From a bacterium (GTDB lineage Bacteria; Hydrothermota; 32-111): DNA of 25,670 nt. Shown here piece by piece: positions 1 through 8,404 of the stretch. The notes beneath the pieces are model-generated. The model was given only the letters and a program-made list of their open reading frames with translations, ran no database searches and had not been told where the DNA came from. Positions within the stretch are counted from its first letter, which is position 1. Each line of letters starts with the position of its first letter. Location of the stretch: assembly GCA_050239825.1 (NCBI GenBank), contig JBFXGO010000028.1, positions 5,799 to 31,468 of the forward strand. The letters are read 5' to 3'. A program made the translations under genes and the position numbers.

Positions 1-1280
1 TTGCAGAATTTCAACAGTTCGCTTATGTATTCCTTTTCATAGTAGTCCATTGTCTCCTTCAGCGGTCTGTTTATAGGCATAAGCTCGTTTTTTATCTGGG
101 ATGACTTTCTTCCGAAAATATATTCCGGAAGGTTGTTTATCTCTATGTGCTTGCCTGCCGCGAGAGCGCACGAACTTTCAACGGCATTCTCAAGTTCTCT
201 CACATTTCCAGGCCAGTTGTAACGGAGAATCATGTCAAGAGCTCCCTCATTGAATCCTTTAATCTCTTTATTCATCTTTCCCGAGTATTTTTTCAAAAAA
301 TAGTCGCTCAAAAGCAGAATGTCCTCTCTTCTATCTCTCAGAGGAGGGATGTGTATATTGACCACATTGAGCCGATAATAAAGGTCCTCCCTGAATAGTG
401 CGCCAGATATCTTCTCCGAAAGATTGGCATTGGTGGCTGAAATTATCCTCACATCCGTTTTCATAACAGTTGTTGAACCGAGAGGCGTGAATTCCTGCGT
501 CTCCAGAACCCTGAGCATCTTCGCCTGCAGAGTCACCGGCATATCCCCTATTTCATCAAGAAAGACCGTTCCTCCATCCGCCGCCTTGAAAAGCCCTGTC
601 TTGTTTGCATAGGCCCCTGTAAAGGCTCCCTTGACATATCCGAAGAGTTCGCTCTCAAGTAGAGTCTCCGGAAGAGAAGAGCAGTTTATGGGTATATAAG
701 GACTGTTCTTTCTTCCGCCCGTGAAATGAACCGCCTTTGCAACAAGGTCTTTTCCCGTTCCGCTCTCTCCTGTGATAAGCACATTCGAATCCGTCTGCGC
801 TATCTGTTTTATTGTCTTCACAAGATCTCTGATTGACTTGCTCTTTCCGATAATACCCTGAAAGCTGAACTCCTTCTCCAACTGTTCCTGAAGATTCATG
901 TTTCTGAAGAGAAGGTCTGTCCACATAAGAGCCTTCTCAATCGTTATTATGAGCTCCTTTGATTTGAACGGCTTTTTAAGATAATCAAAAGCACCTGATT
1001 TTATGGCTTTCACTGCATCATTTATCTCGGCATTGCCCGTCATTATTATTACAGGCATTTCAGGATCAAGTTTTTTTATTTCAGGCAGAAGCTCTAAGCC
1101 GCTCTTTCCGGGAAGTTTTACATCAAGGAGAACAAGGTCCATCTTCTCTCTGGAGAGAATTTGGTGCATTGTCTCTCCGTCTGCGGACTCGAAACAAGCA
1201 TATCCGCTCCGCGTCAGAATCTCCCTCATCGACTCCAACACTGTTTTGTCATCATCCACTAAAAGTATGTTCTTGTTCAT
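1..1280 (-). CDS. Sigma54-dependent response regulator / bacterial enhancer-binding protein (NtrC/AtoC type: REC-AAA+-HTH), 3' end runs off the window
   Basis: Not in the ORF track; translated by hand. MNKNILLVDDD...LVLLDVKLP...IMTG...YLKKPF (intact REC), ITGESGTGKDLVA (Walker A), ESELFGYVKGAFTGA, FLDEIGDMP (Walker B), ending ...KETMDYYEKEYISELLKFC (start of the HTH region). SD AGGAGGA at 1284-1290; start at 1280 or 1283. Confidence 0.95.
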   Translation of the reverse strand, partial: MNKNILLVDDDKTVLESMREILTRSGYACFESADGETMHQILSREKMDLVLLDVKLPGKSGLELLPEIKKLDPEMPVIIMTGNAEINDAVKAIKSGAFDYLKKPFKSKELIITIEKALMWTDLLFRNMNLQEQLEKEFSFQGIIGKSKSIRDLVKTIKQIAQTDSNVLITGESGTGKDLVAKAVHFTGGRKNSPYIPINCSSLPETLLESELFGYVKGAFTGAYANKTGLFKAADGGTVFLDEIGDMPVTLQAKMLRVLETQEFTPLGSTTVMKTDVRIISATNANLSEKISGALFREDLYYRLNVVNIHIPPLRDRREDILLLSDYFLKKYSGKMNKEIKGFNEGALDMILRYNWPGNVRELENAVESSCALAAGKHIEINNLPEYIFGRKSSQIKNELMPINRPLKETMDYYEKEYISELLKFC

Positions 1281-1290
1281 CATTCCTCCT

Positions 1291-2346
1291 CTATATTGAT
1301 GCGGCCGGAAGAGTAATTGCAATCACACTCCCGTCATTCATATCTTCCATATACATTATTCCGCTCGAATCGTTGATATCCGCCTTCAGAGCGCTTACAG
1401 TGAGACTATCGGATTTGTCTGATTCATCGGCGACTGAAAGTCCTATTTTTTCAAGATTGCATACAAAATCAGTTTTGAAAAGAAATCTCACATTCCCGGA
1501 TTCCGAGGATATGCAGATGTCAAGTTTGCCGCTCCTTCTGTCCTTGCAACCGTGAAGCAAAAGAAGCATTATTTCAAGGAATATATACTTGAGAAGGCCG
1601 TGATGAAGCCTCACGGGCGGAATCTTCTCATCAATTGTATAATTTATGTTTATGCTGTGATTGATAAAGTAATCGTGAAGAAGAGGCATATATTTCATCA
1701 TCTCTTCCCTTACATTTATCATCTCGTTCTTTTCGGATGTGCCGAGCTTCAACTCTCTTACCGTGGAGACGATTGAGATTATTCTTTCTATGTTTGATTC
1801 TATCGAATCAATTCTTTCAATAGAATCTTTTGAGAGGGATTTTTCCATTCTGAGAAGGTCAAGCTGGAGATTCATTGCGGTTATCGGATTGTTTATCATG
1901 TGACTTATACTTGCTATAAGCTCTCCGGCAATGCTCAACTTTGCCATTCTGTTGACCTCGTGCTGAATTGAATTCATCTCATTCAACGCCATGTTCGTAT
2001 TTTTTACGGCAATGATTTTTTCTATTCTGAGATCCAGCTCTTCCGCCGAAGATGATGCAAGAATAAAATCCACAAGCATATTGTCGATTTCCAATGATAT
2101 TTTTTTTATTTCCGACGAATCCTTAAGGAGCAATATGATGGGAAGCCTGTCTCTCTTTGATAGGTAAAGAAATCGGGTTTTTTCAAGCATGAACCTATCC
2201 AGATTCAAGACAATTGCGTCGGTCATCACTTCGCCTACGAATTTTTCAATGTTTTCCACCTCGTCAATGCTTATGCATCTGTAAATTGAATTGCATGACT
2301 CTTTTAGAGCTACGTTCATCCCGCCATCATATAAAATTTGTCTCAT
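1291..2346 (-). CDS. Degenerate hybrid histidine-kinase-like protein (pseudo-REC + HisKA + degenerate HATPase)
   Basis: H-box IASISHMINNPITAM. N-terminal REC-like segments (DAIVLNLD...LPIILLL...VDFILAS) with Asn at the phospho-Asp position. The N-box position reads IFLEIMLLLL and there are no DxGxG/GxGxGL boxes. ATGA overlap with the upstream gene. Confidence 0.75.
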   Translation of the reverse strand: MRQILYDGGMNVALKESCNSIYRCISIDEVENIEKFVGEVMTDAIVLNLDRFMLEKTRFLYLSKRDRLPIILLLKDSSEIKKISLEIDNMLVDFILASSSAEELDLRIEKIIAVKNTNMALNEMNSIQHEVNRMAKLSIAGELIASISHMINNPITAMNLQLDLLRMEKSLSKDSIERIDSIESNIERIISIVSTVRELKLGTSEKNEMINVREEMMKYMPLLHDYFINHSININYTIDEKIPPVRLHHGLLKYIFLEIMLLLLHGCKDRRSGKLDICISSESGNVRFLFKTDFVCNLEKIGLSVADESDKSDSLTVSALKADINDSSGIMYMEDMNDGSVIAITLPAASI

Positions 2347-3605
2347 ACTTTTATTCCCTCCATCTCATTTTTTGCTATGTAACTTATCATGTCAATCGAC
2401 ACAAACTCTGAGTAAAGCTCCGGAATATAGTATTGCTCCGATTCGATTTTTTTCAGAATGATATTAAATCTTTTTCTGCTTGATTCTATTTTGCCGCACA
2501 TTTTTTCAATCAAAGCCAGATAGTACTCTGCAAAGACAAGATCCGGAGACTCACTTAGAGCGCTATTAAGATATTTTTCCGACTTCGAGTAATCATTTCT
2601 ATTGAAATAATAGGAACCAATTATAAAATCAAAGTCAGCATTCTTTACATTATTTAGTTTCAGCACTCTCTCTACGAACTCTATCTTGAAAGCATCGCCC
2701 TGTCTTATGTATATCAGAAGAAGCAGTCTGTAATGATCAAGGTCAATTTCATCCTTCTCTCTTATGAGACTGTGCAGAATCATCGCAGATTCCTGATACT
2801 TTTTGTTCCTATAAAAGTCAATAGCATCTGTAAATGTATAATTGCTATCGTTTATCATCTCCAGTCTTTTAATGTGCTTAACAAAATAGTTGTAATTTTC
2901 CATCTCTGCCGGCATGAAAAAAGCTCCTTCTGAAATCATCATGCTCATATTGTCCGTGAAGCAAAAACCATCTGCCGCAGTCACTCTGAATACATCCTGA
3001 AGAGCTTCATGTATGTCGCTTTTTACAAACAACCGTTGAAAATCAAGAAGAAATATGCAGTCAAATGTGTTATCCTTAAAAGGCAGTTTAAATGGATTCC
3101 CGGACACTATATTTGTTTTTTCGACCAAATCCCTTCTTACGGTATAGTAGTCTATTTTGTTTACCAGATAGTGCAGTTCATTCTCATCGGCATTCAAAAC
3201 CTCATCATAGTTGAAGGACGGATTTTTAAGTTTCTCCGCTATGCTTTGCGATTGCGCCAAAATATTGTAAAATGCAGTAACATTGTCGCTCTGCTTGATT
3301 CTTCTTTCTATATTTATCAAAGCGCTGAACGCCGATTCTCCGAGGTCGCTTCCGATAATCAGCAATCGGATTTTAAGAGGGCATCTCCCCAACATAACAT
3401 TCATTGCACCGTCTATAAAAGCCCTCTGCGAAAACAGGTCTCTTCTTCTGTTATGAATAGCGTAAATGATTTTGTCGTAATCGGATGATTCGGCTATCTT
3501 CCCGATGTCATACAGATCGTGCACTCTTACCTCAAGGGCAGGGGAAATCTCATAATGATACTCGTTCTTGAGTTTTGCCACAATCAATTCAGGAATGTTT
3601 TCCAT
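2343..3605 (-). CDS. CheR-like SAM-methyltransferase fold (degenerate) with C-terminal TPR-like repeats
   Basis: LLIIGSDLGESAFSA resembles CheR IWSAGCSTGEEPYS; NTFDCIFLLDF...LQDVFRVTAADGFCF resembles FDLIFCRNV...LKPGGYLF. The C-terminal helices (FIIGSYYFNRNDYSKSEKYLNSALSESPDLVFAEYYLA) are TPR-like. Confidence 0.65.
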   Translation of the reverse strand: MENIPELIVAKLKNEYHYEISPALEVRVHDLYDIGKIAESSDYDKIIYAIHNRRRDLFSQRAFIDGAMNVMLGRCPLKIRLLIIGSDLGESAFSALINIERRIKQSDNVTAFYNILAQSQSIAEKLKNPSFNYDEVLNADENELHYLVNKIDYYTVRRDLVEKTNIVSGNPFKLPFKDNTFDCIFLLDFQRLFVKSDIHEALQDVFRVTAADGFCFTDNMSMMISEGAFFMPAEMENYNYFVKHIKRLEMINDSNYTFTDAIDFYRNKKYQESAMILHSLIREKDEIDLDHYRLLLLIYIRQGDAFKIEFVERVLKLNNVKNADFDFIIGSYYFNRNDYSKSEKYLNSALSESPDLVFAEYYLALIEKMCGKIESSRKRFNIILKKIESEQYYIPELYSEFVSIDMISYIAKNEMEGIKV

Positions 3606-5700
3606 TTTCGTATCCCATCCTTCTGAATATGTTTTTAACCCTTAATATCACCTTCTCGGGATCAATCGGCTTGACTATATAATCGTCTGCTCCCGATTCA
3701 AGCCCTTTTATTTCATTTACGGAATCATCATTGGAGGTGAGCATAATAACCGGAATATTCTTTGTTTCAGGATTATCCCTCAGGGCGGCTAAGAGCTGAA
3801 ATCCGTCCATTTCAGGCATTTTTACATCAGTTATCGCCATGCAGTAGTTTCCTTCCAAGAGGGCATTGAAGGCGCTTCTTCCATTATCAGCCTCATCAAC
3901 AACAAAGCCCTCCGATTCGAGAAGAGCCCTGAGTAGGATTCTGATTGTCTTTATATCGTCCACAACAAGCACTTTCATTCCGCTGATTGTCTCTTTGGAA
4001 GCATTTGCCGGACGAAGATTCTTCATGTTTTCAAACCTGTCTATGTCGAGAACCCTCTTGATTTCAGAGAGTGTTGTTGTTTTATTCAAAACATTCGCGA
4101 TTCCATCGTCGAGGACACTCTTGTAGTTTCTTTTTTTAAGATAGTCATTGAACAGATTCACCGCGGATGACTTTTCAATCAATTCTTTAATAGTTGAATC
4201 AATCTCGAGTATCCCGTATATTCCTGTTACTCCTTTATATCCGGTGAAACTGCATTTTTCACAGCCTCTTTCATTTGCTTTTAAAAGTTTAACGCCTCTC
4301 TCCGCTCTTAAGAATGCCGCTTCTTCTTCATCAGGTTCATACTCGATTCCGCAGGATGTGCACACTCTTCTGACAAGCCTCTGCGCTATTACAAGCAAAA
4401 GCCCGTCCGCTATGAGATATGGGGGAATCTCCAAATCCCTGAGTCTTACTATGGTTGATATTTCATCATTGGTGTGGACTGTTGAAAGAATAAGGTGCCC
4501 TGTCATTGCGGCTTTAAATGCAGTCGTCGCTGTCTCTATATCTCTTATTTCACCGATTAAAACAATATTCGGATCCTGTCTTAAAAGAGTCCTGAGAGCT
4601 GAAGCAAAAGTAATTCCCGATTTGATGTCAATCTGAGTCTGATTGATTCCCTTTATTGTGTATTCTATCGGATCCTCAATCGTAGATACATTAAGGTGGG
4701 AATAATCCAGTTCCTGCAGGATGGAGTATAGTGTTGTGGTCTTGCCGCTGCCTGTAGGGCCAGTTACAAGAATTATTCCCTGCGATTTAGCACTGTTTGA
4801 ATTTATAACCCTGATGTGTTCACCTGAAAGCCCCAAAGAATCAAGCTTCACTTCTATCCTGCTCTTGTCAAGAATTCTAATAACAACCTTCTCTCCGTTT
4901 ATTATGGGAAGAGTGGAGACTCTCAGAGAAATGTCTTTTTTTGCCACATACAACTGCACGCTTCCGTCCTGCGACTTCCGCGACTGCGTAATGTCCATTT
5001 TTGCCATTATCTTGATTCTCGATATGACCGCCTTCTCTGATTTTTTAGGTATTCTTATATGTTCATGAAGAAAGCCGTCTATCCTGTATCTCACCAGCAG
5101 AGTATTCTCCTGCGGTTCGAAATGTATATCCGAAGCCCTTAATTTGATCGCATCAAGAATTATTGCGTTTATAAGGCGCACAACCGGCTTTGAGTTGACC
5201 TCTGTGGAATCTTCGTTATTTCGCTGATGCGCGGAAGGTGTCTCTACAAAATCTTCCTTTAGGTCAAAGAAAAGGTTCTCCTGACCGAACAGTTTGTTGA
5301 AAACATCCTCAAGTTCGCCTGTCTTGACAACCGAAATCGCCACTTCCATATTTGTTATAAAACTCGCTTCAAGAATAAGATCAGGGTTTATAGGATTGTC
5401 TGTTGCAAGAACAAGCTTTTTATTGACCACTTCAATCGGAATGAACCTATTCTTTCTCATATAAGACTGAACAAAAAGGGAAATAAGATTCTCGGATATC
5501 TCGTGTTCGGAGAGCTTTATAAACGGTATTTTAAGCTGTTCCGCCAAGACTTGTGCAAGATCATCATCAGTTATAACATTCTTCTCAACAAATATTTTAC
5601 CTATTTTTTTATAGGAACTCTGCTGTTCAAAGAGAGCATTTTGAATGTCCTGTTCGCTCACATAGCCCTTTGATAAGAGTATCTCACCTATTTTCTTCAT
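3589..5700 (-). CDS. PilB/GspE/MshE-family secretion ATPase with N-terminal MshEN domain and C-terminal receiver (REC) domain
   Basis: Tandem MshEN-like motifs KIGEILLSKGYV...ALFEQ / KIGKIFVEKNVI...VLAEQ; ASDIHFEP, GPTGSGKTTT, TIEDPIE, LRQDPNIVLIGEIRD, TGHLILSTVH and CxxC...CxxC. C-terminal VLVVDD...ITDVKMP...MLTS...IVKP. Start placed at the ATG at 5700 after GAAGGA (the ORF track extends to 5718). Confidence 0.92.
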   Translation of the reverse strand: MKKIGEILLSKGYVSEQDIQNALFEQQSSYKKIGKIFVEKNVITDDDLAQVLAEQLKIPFIKLSEHEISENLISLFVQSYMRKNRFIPIEVVNKKLVLATDNPINPDLILEASFITNMEVAISVVKTGELEDVFNKLFGQENLFFDLKEDFVETPSAHQRNNEDSTEVNSKPVVRLINAIILDAIKLRASDIHFEPQENTLLVRYRIDGFLHEHIRIPKKSEKAVISRIKIMAKMDITQSRKSQDGSVQLYVAKKDISLRVSTLPIINGEKVVIRILDKSRIEVKLDSLGLSGEHIRVINSNSAKSQGIILVTGPTGSGKTTTLYSILQELDYSHLNVSTIEDPIEYTIKGINQTQIDIKSGITFASALRTLLRQDPNIVLIGEIRDIETATTAFKAAMTGHLILSTVHTNDEISTIVRLRDLEIPPYLIADGLLLVIAQRLVRRVCTSCGIEYEPDEEEAAFLRAERGVKLLKANERGCEKCSFTGYKGVTGIYGILEIDSTIKELIEKSSAVNLFNDYLKKRNYKSVLDDGIANVLNKTTTLSEIKRVLDIDRFENMKNLRPANASKETISGMKVLVVDDIKTIRILLRALLESEGFVVDEADNGRSAFNALLEGNYCMAITDVKMPEMDGFQLLAALRDNPETKNIPVIMLTSNDDSVNEIKGLESGADDYIVKPIDPEKVILRVKNIFRRMGYENGKHS

Positions 5701-7126
5701 TGGTGACTTTTCCTTCATTCAACATGAATTCTCTGAATTTAGTGAGGAGCTCCGGATCAAAAAATATCCCTTTGTTTTTTTGCATGCCGGCTAAAATACT
5801 CTCCGGCATCTCGCCTGCCCTATATTTATTGTTCTCCGACATTGTGCAGTAAGTTGAAATTATTTTGAGTATCCTTGCTCCTTCCGGAATTTGCTTTTCT
5901 TTAAGCCCTGAAGGTTTTCCGCTCCCGTCATAATTCTCGCCTACGCTCATGACCGTCTCTTTGAGTTCATTCAGATAATCAAGCTCTTCGGTCAGCTCTT
6001 CAAATTTTATATAAAAATCCTCTTTCTTGCCGAACTTCAAACCAAATGAAGATTGAAACATATTGTAGAGCATGGAGCAGTATTTGAGATTTTCAGCATC
6101 ATCATTGCTCATTCCAAGAAATACTGCAAAATGCGATGCCATTGTTGCAGTATTCATTATTTTGAGCTTCTCTCCTGCATCATGAAACCCTGCAATTGAG
6201 AGAAGGGCCAAAATGGTTCCGGTGCGCTCTGCCCGTATTTTTTTATTCAGATTCATCTCCGTCAGCTTTGCTCCTATCTCCATTGAAACCATCTCTGCTG
6301 TCTCCAAATCTGACTGGGAAAAATTCTTCTCTCTCTTCATATATATCATTCCGATAACTTTGTTTTCATATCCTATCACCGAGGTCATTGATTTTTCCTC
6401 GGGAAAAACACAGCCAAGGCCGTTTTTTAAGGGAAAATAGAATATCGGCATCCTTTCGTCAATAAGCTCACCCAACTTGAAATTCCCGATTTTCGAACTT
6501 ACAGAAACCTTGAATTTGTCGCCATCCTCTCTTAAAAATATGCTTATGAACTGCGTGTGGAAAATCCTCGTCAACTCATTATAGCAGGATTCAAGAAGAG
6601 TTTTTTTGTTCTCCACCAAGGAAACCCTCTTCTGAAAATGCTTCAAAAGAAGAATTCTTTCTATTATCTCTCTTGCTTCTGCGGAAACATTATTATCATT
6701 TTTATATGAAATCAGATTAGCAATCATTCTTCTGTTCTCCAGAAGGCTATTTCTTCTCTTTTCGGCGCTCTTTATGGCATTTATAATTTGATTCATGTGA
6801 AGGGGCTTGGGAATGTAATCGAATGCTCCATATTGAAGAGCTTCAATTGCGGTCTGCAGAGAGGCATAGGCAGTCATTATTATTACCTGAATATCCTGCT
6901 CCACATCCTTAATGCTCTTCATCACCTCAATTCCCGACATATCCGGAAGAATTATATCGCAGAATACTATATCCGGGAAACTCGTAGGGATGAGATTGAA
7001 GACGCTGGAACCGTCATAAACAGCTGTAGCCTCCCATCTGTCATAATAAGCATTGATGGCATCCTTCAAGGAATTTGCAAGCTCTCTGTTGTCGTCAATG
7101 ATAAGAATCTTGGTTTTTTCATCCAT
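5684..7126 (-). CDS. Response regulator: REC + GAF-like middle region + degenerate HD-GYP domain
   Basis: ILIIDDN...VFCDIILP...IMTA...YIPKP is an intact REC. The C-terminus ENYDGSGKPSGLKEKQIPEGARIL...FFDPEL is HD-GYP-like but lacks HD/HH. SD GGAGGT at 7130-7135 supports a start at 7126 rather than 7153. Confidence 0.85.
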   Translation of the reverse strand: MDEKTKILIIDDNRELANSLKDAINAYYDRWEATAVYDGSSVFNLIPTSFPDIVFCDIILPDMSGIEVMKSIKDVEQDIQVIIMTAYASLQTAIEALQYGAFDYIPKPLHMNQIINAIKSAEKRRNSLLENRRMIANLISYKNDNNVSAEAREIIERILLLKHFQKRVSLVENKKTLLESCYNELTRIFHTQFISIFLREDGDKFKVSVSSKIGNFKLGELIDERMPIFYFPLKNGLGCVFPEEKSMTSVIGYENKVIGMIYMKREKNFSQSDLETAEMVSMEIGAKLTEMNLNKKIRAERTGTILALLSIAGFHDAGEKLKIMNTATMASHFAVFLGMSNDDAENLKYCSMLYNMFQSSFGLKFGKKEDFYIKFEELTEELDYLNELKETVMSVGENYDGSGKPSGLKEKQIPEGARILKIISTYCTMSENNKYRAGEMPESILAGMQKNKGIFFDPELLTKFREFMLNEGKVTNEENR

Positions 7127-7153
7127 AACACCTCCGTGTGCACTCACCTCCAT

Positions 7154-7170
7154 AGCGATAACTATGCCAA
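7154..7170 (-). promoter_or_regulatory. Putative sigma54 (-24/-12) promoter of the signalling operon
   Basis: Minus strand reads TTGGCATAGTTATCGCT (GG-N10-GC), about 28 nt upstream of the 7126 start. Confidence 0.7.
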
Positions 7171-7316
7171 ATATAAGTGGTATAAAACAAAAGCGTTACT
7201 TTTTAATGACACACGAGAAATTCTCATTTTAGTAAAGAAAATGGGGCAGAATTCTGTTAAGCTACCAAATTGCAACAACTTAAATGGTGTAATGATATAA
7301 TTGCAATGTCATATTA

Positions 7317-8036
7317 TCATGACATTGTATATTTTAAATCAATAAAGAAGGCGCTTTTGAGTATGAGTTTCTGTGCCGCCTCCTTCTCTGAGAGTATCTT
7401 TCCTATTTTTTTCAAATCATCTTCAATTAATATTATCAGTTTAGGCGCCCTTCCCGCCTCTTCGATTCTGTTGATTTCAGGAAAATTATCTAAAAATTGT
7501 GAAAAGTTGGTTTTATCGATTATACAAGTTTCGTCGGAGTTAAAATCATCGGCATTTCTTATGAACTCATCTGCGCTGACATGCTTCAGATGGTGCAGAA
7601 TTTTATAGTTCCCTCCATCTGTAAGTATCAGCATCTTTTTCTTTCCTGTTCCGCCGTTTACAAAATCATCTATCAAAGATTCCACTTTTTGTATGGATAC
7701 CATAATTTTCTCAAGGTCCTCAAAGACAAAGGGTTTTTTGAGAATATGCCTAACTCCGATTTCTCTCAGCTTGCTGTAAACCATTCCGCTGAAATCGACC
7801 GAAGCTACTATCAAAACAGCAGACACATTCATTTCTTTAATTTCCCTGATTACAGACAATCCATATTGGTCTGGGAGGCAAAGATCTATTATTATAATGT
7901 CATATTGATTCAGGAATTTGTCTTTCAGAAGGTCGGTCGCCTTCCCAAATATTCTGACATTATGGTCTTTGAATATTAATATTTCCTTTAATATATGGGC
8001 GTAAACCTGACTGTCATCGAGAATTGCAATTTTCAT
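7317..8036 (-). CDS. Response regulator (REC plus an unassigned, possibly degenerate second domain)
   Basis: MKIAILDDS...IIIIDLCLP...IVAS...ILKKPF. SD AAAAGGAG precedes the ATG at 8036; the ORF-track extension to 8114 overlaps the promoter. Confidence 0.8.
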   Translation of the reverse strand: MKIAILDDSQVYAHILKEILIFKDHNVRIFGKATDLLKDKFLNQYDIIIIDLCLPDQYGLSVIREIKEMNVSAVLIVASVDFSGMVYSKLREIGVRHILKKPFVFEDLEKIMVSIQKVESLIDDFVNGGTGKKKMLILTDGGNYKILHHLKHVSADEFIRNADDFNSDETCIIDKTNFSQFLDNFPEINRIEEAGRAPKLIILIEDDLKKIGKILSEKEAAQKLILKSAFFIDLKYTMS

Positions 8037-8066
8037 AATAACTCCTTTTTGACTGTAATTTAAATA

Positions 8067-8083
8067 TGCATAATTGATACCAA
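8067..8083 (-). promoter_or_regulatory. Putative sigma54 (-24/-12) promoter
   Basis: Minus strand reads TTGGTATCAATTATGCA (GG-N10-GC), 30 nt upstream of the 8036 start. Confidence 0.55.
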
Positions 8084-8358
8084 GCATAAGTTGCTGTTTT
8101 TCTGTTAGTTGCAAAATCCAATGTGTAATATTTGAATTACATGTAATGGTAATTCATTCAGTTATTTAATCAGCTGAAAAGACCAACAGTCCTATAAACG
8201 CTCAGATAAGCGATTATAAAATACCATACTGTTGAGATATATTTTTCTCTGCAGATTCGCAACTGTCGGTCAATCGGCATGTTATGGGAATATCCTTTGG
8301 TGAATAAAAACCAATCTATTTATAACCCTCTATTATACCGACATTTATAAGAAGCTTC

Positions 8359-8387
8359 TTGAAAATCAAAAAAAAATCGTTTATAGT
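8359..8387 (+). promoter_or_regulatory. Putative sigma70 promoter
   Basis: TTGAAA-N17-TATAGT, followed by SD AAGGAG (8394-8399) and the ATG at 8405. Confidence 0.6.
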
Positions 8388-8404
8388 TTAGAAAAGGAGA
8401 TTAT

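Noticed and set aside
147..1776. Small plus-strand ORFs (147-398, 424-612, 1003-1299, 1169-1555, 1552-1776) and minus ORF 655-924
   Set aside because: They are antisense or out-of-frame shadows of the sigma54 activator and pseudo-kinase genes, with no recognisable motifs.
7127..7153. Start at 7153 for the REC/HD-GYP gene and at 8114 for the REC gene
   Set aside because: Both lie in or upstream of the sigma54 boxes. The downstream ATGs at 7126 and 8036 have good SDs and begin at the REC domain.
2214..7979. Plus-strand ORFs opposite the signalling operon (e.g. 3009-3488, 4148-4636, 6788-7300, 7581-7979)
   Set aside because: Antisense shadows of well-supported genes, with no recognisable protein features.
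8145..8355. Long intergenic stretch as a c-di-GMP riboswitch or sRNA
   Set aside because: I could not find the GEMM-type stems and tetraloop motifs on either strand. An Rfam/Infernal scan would be needed.
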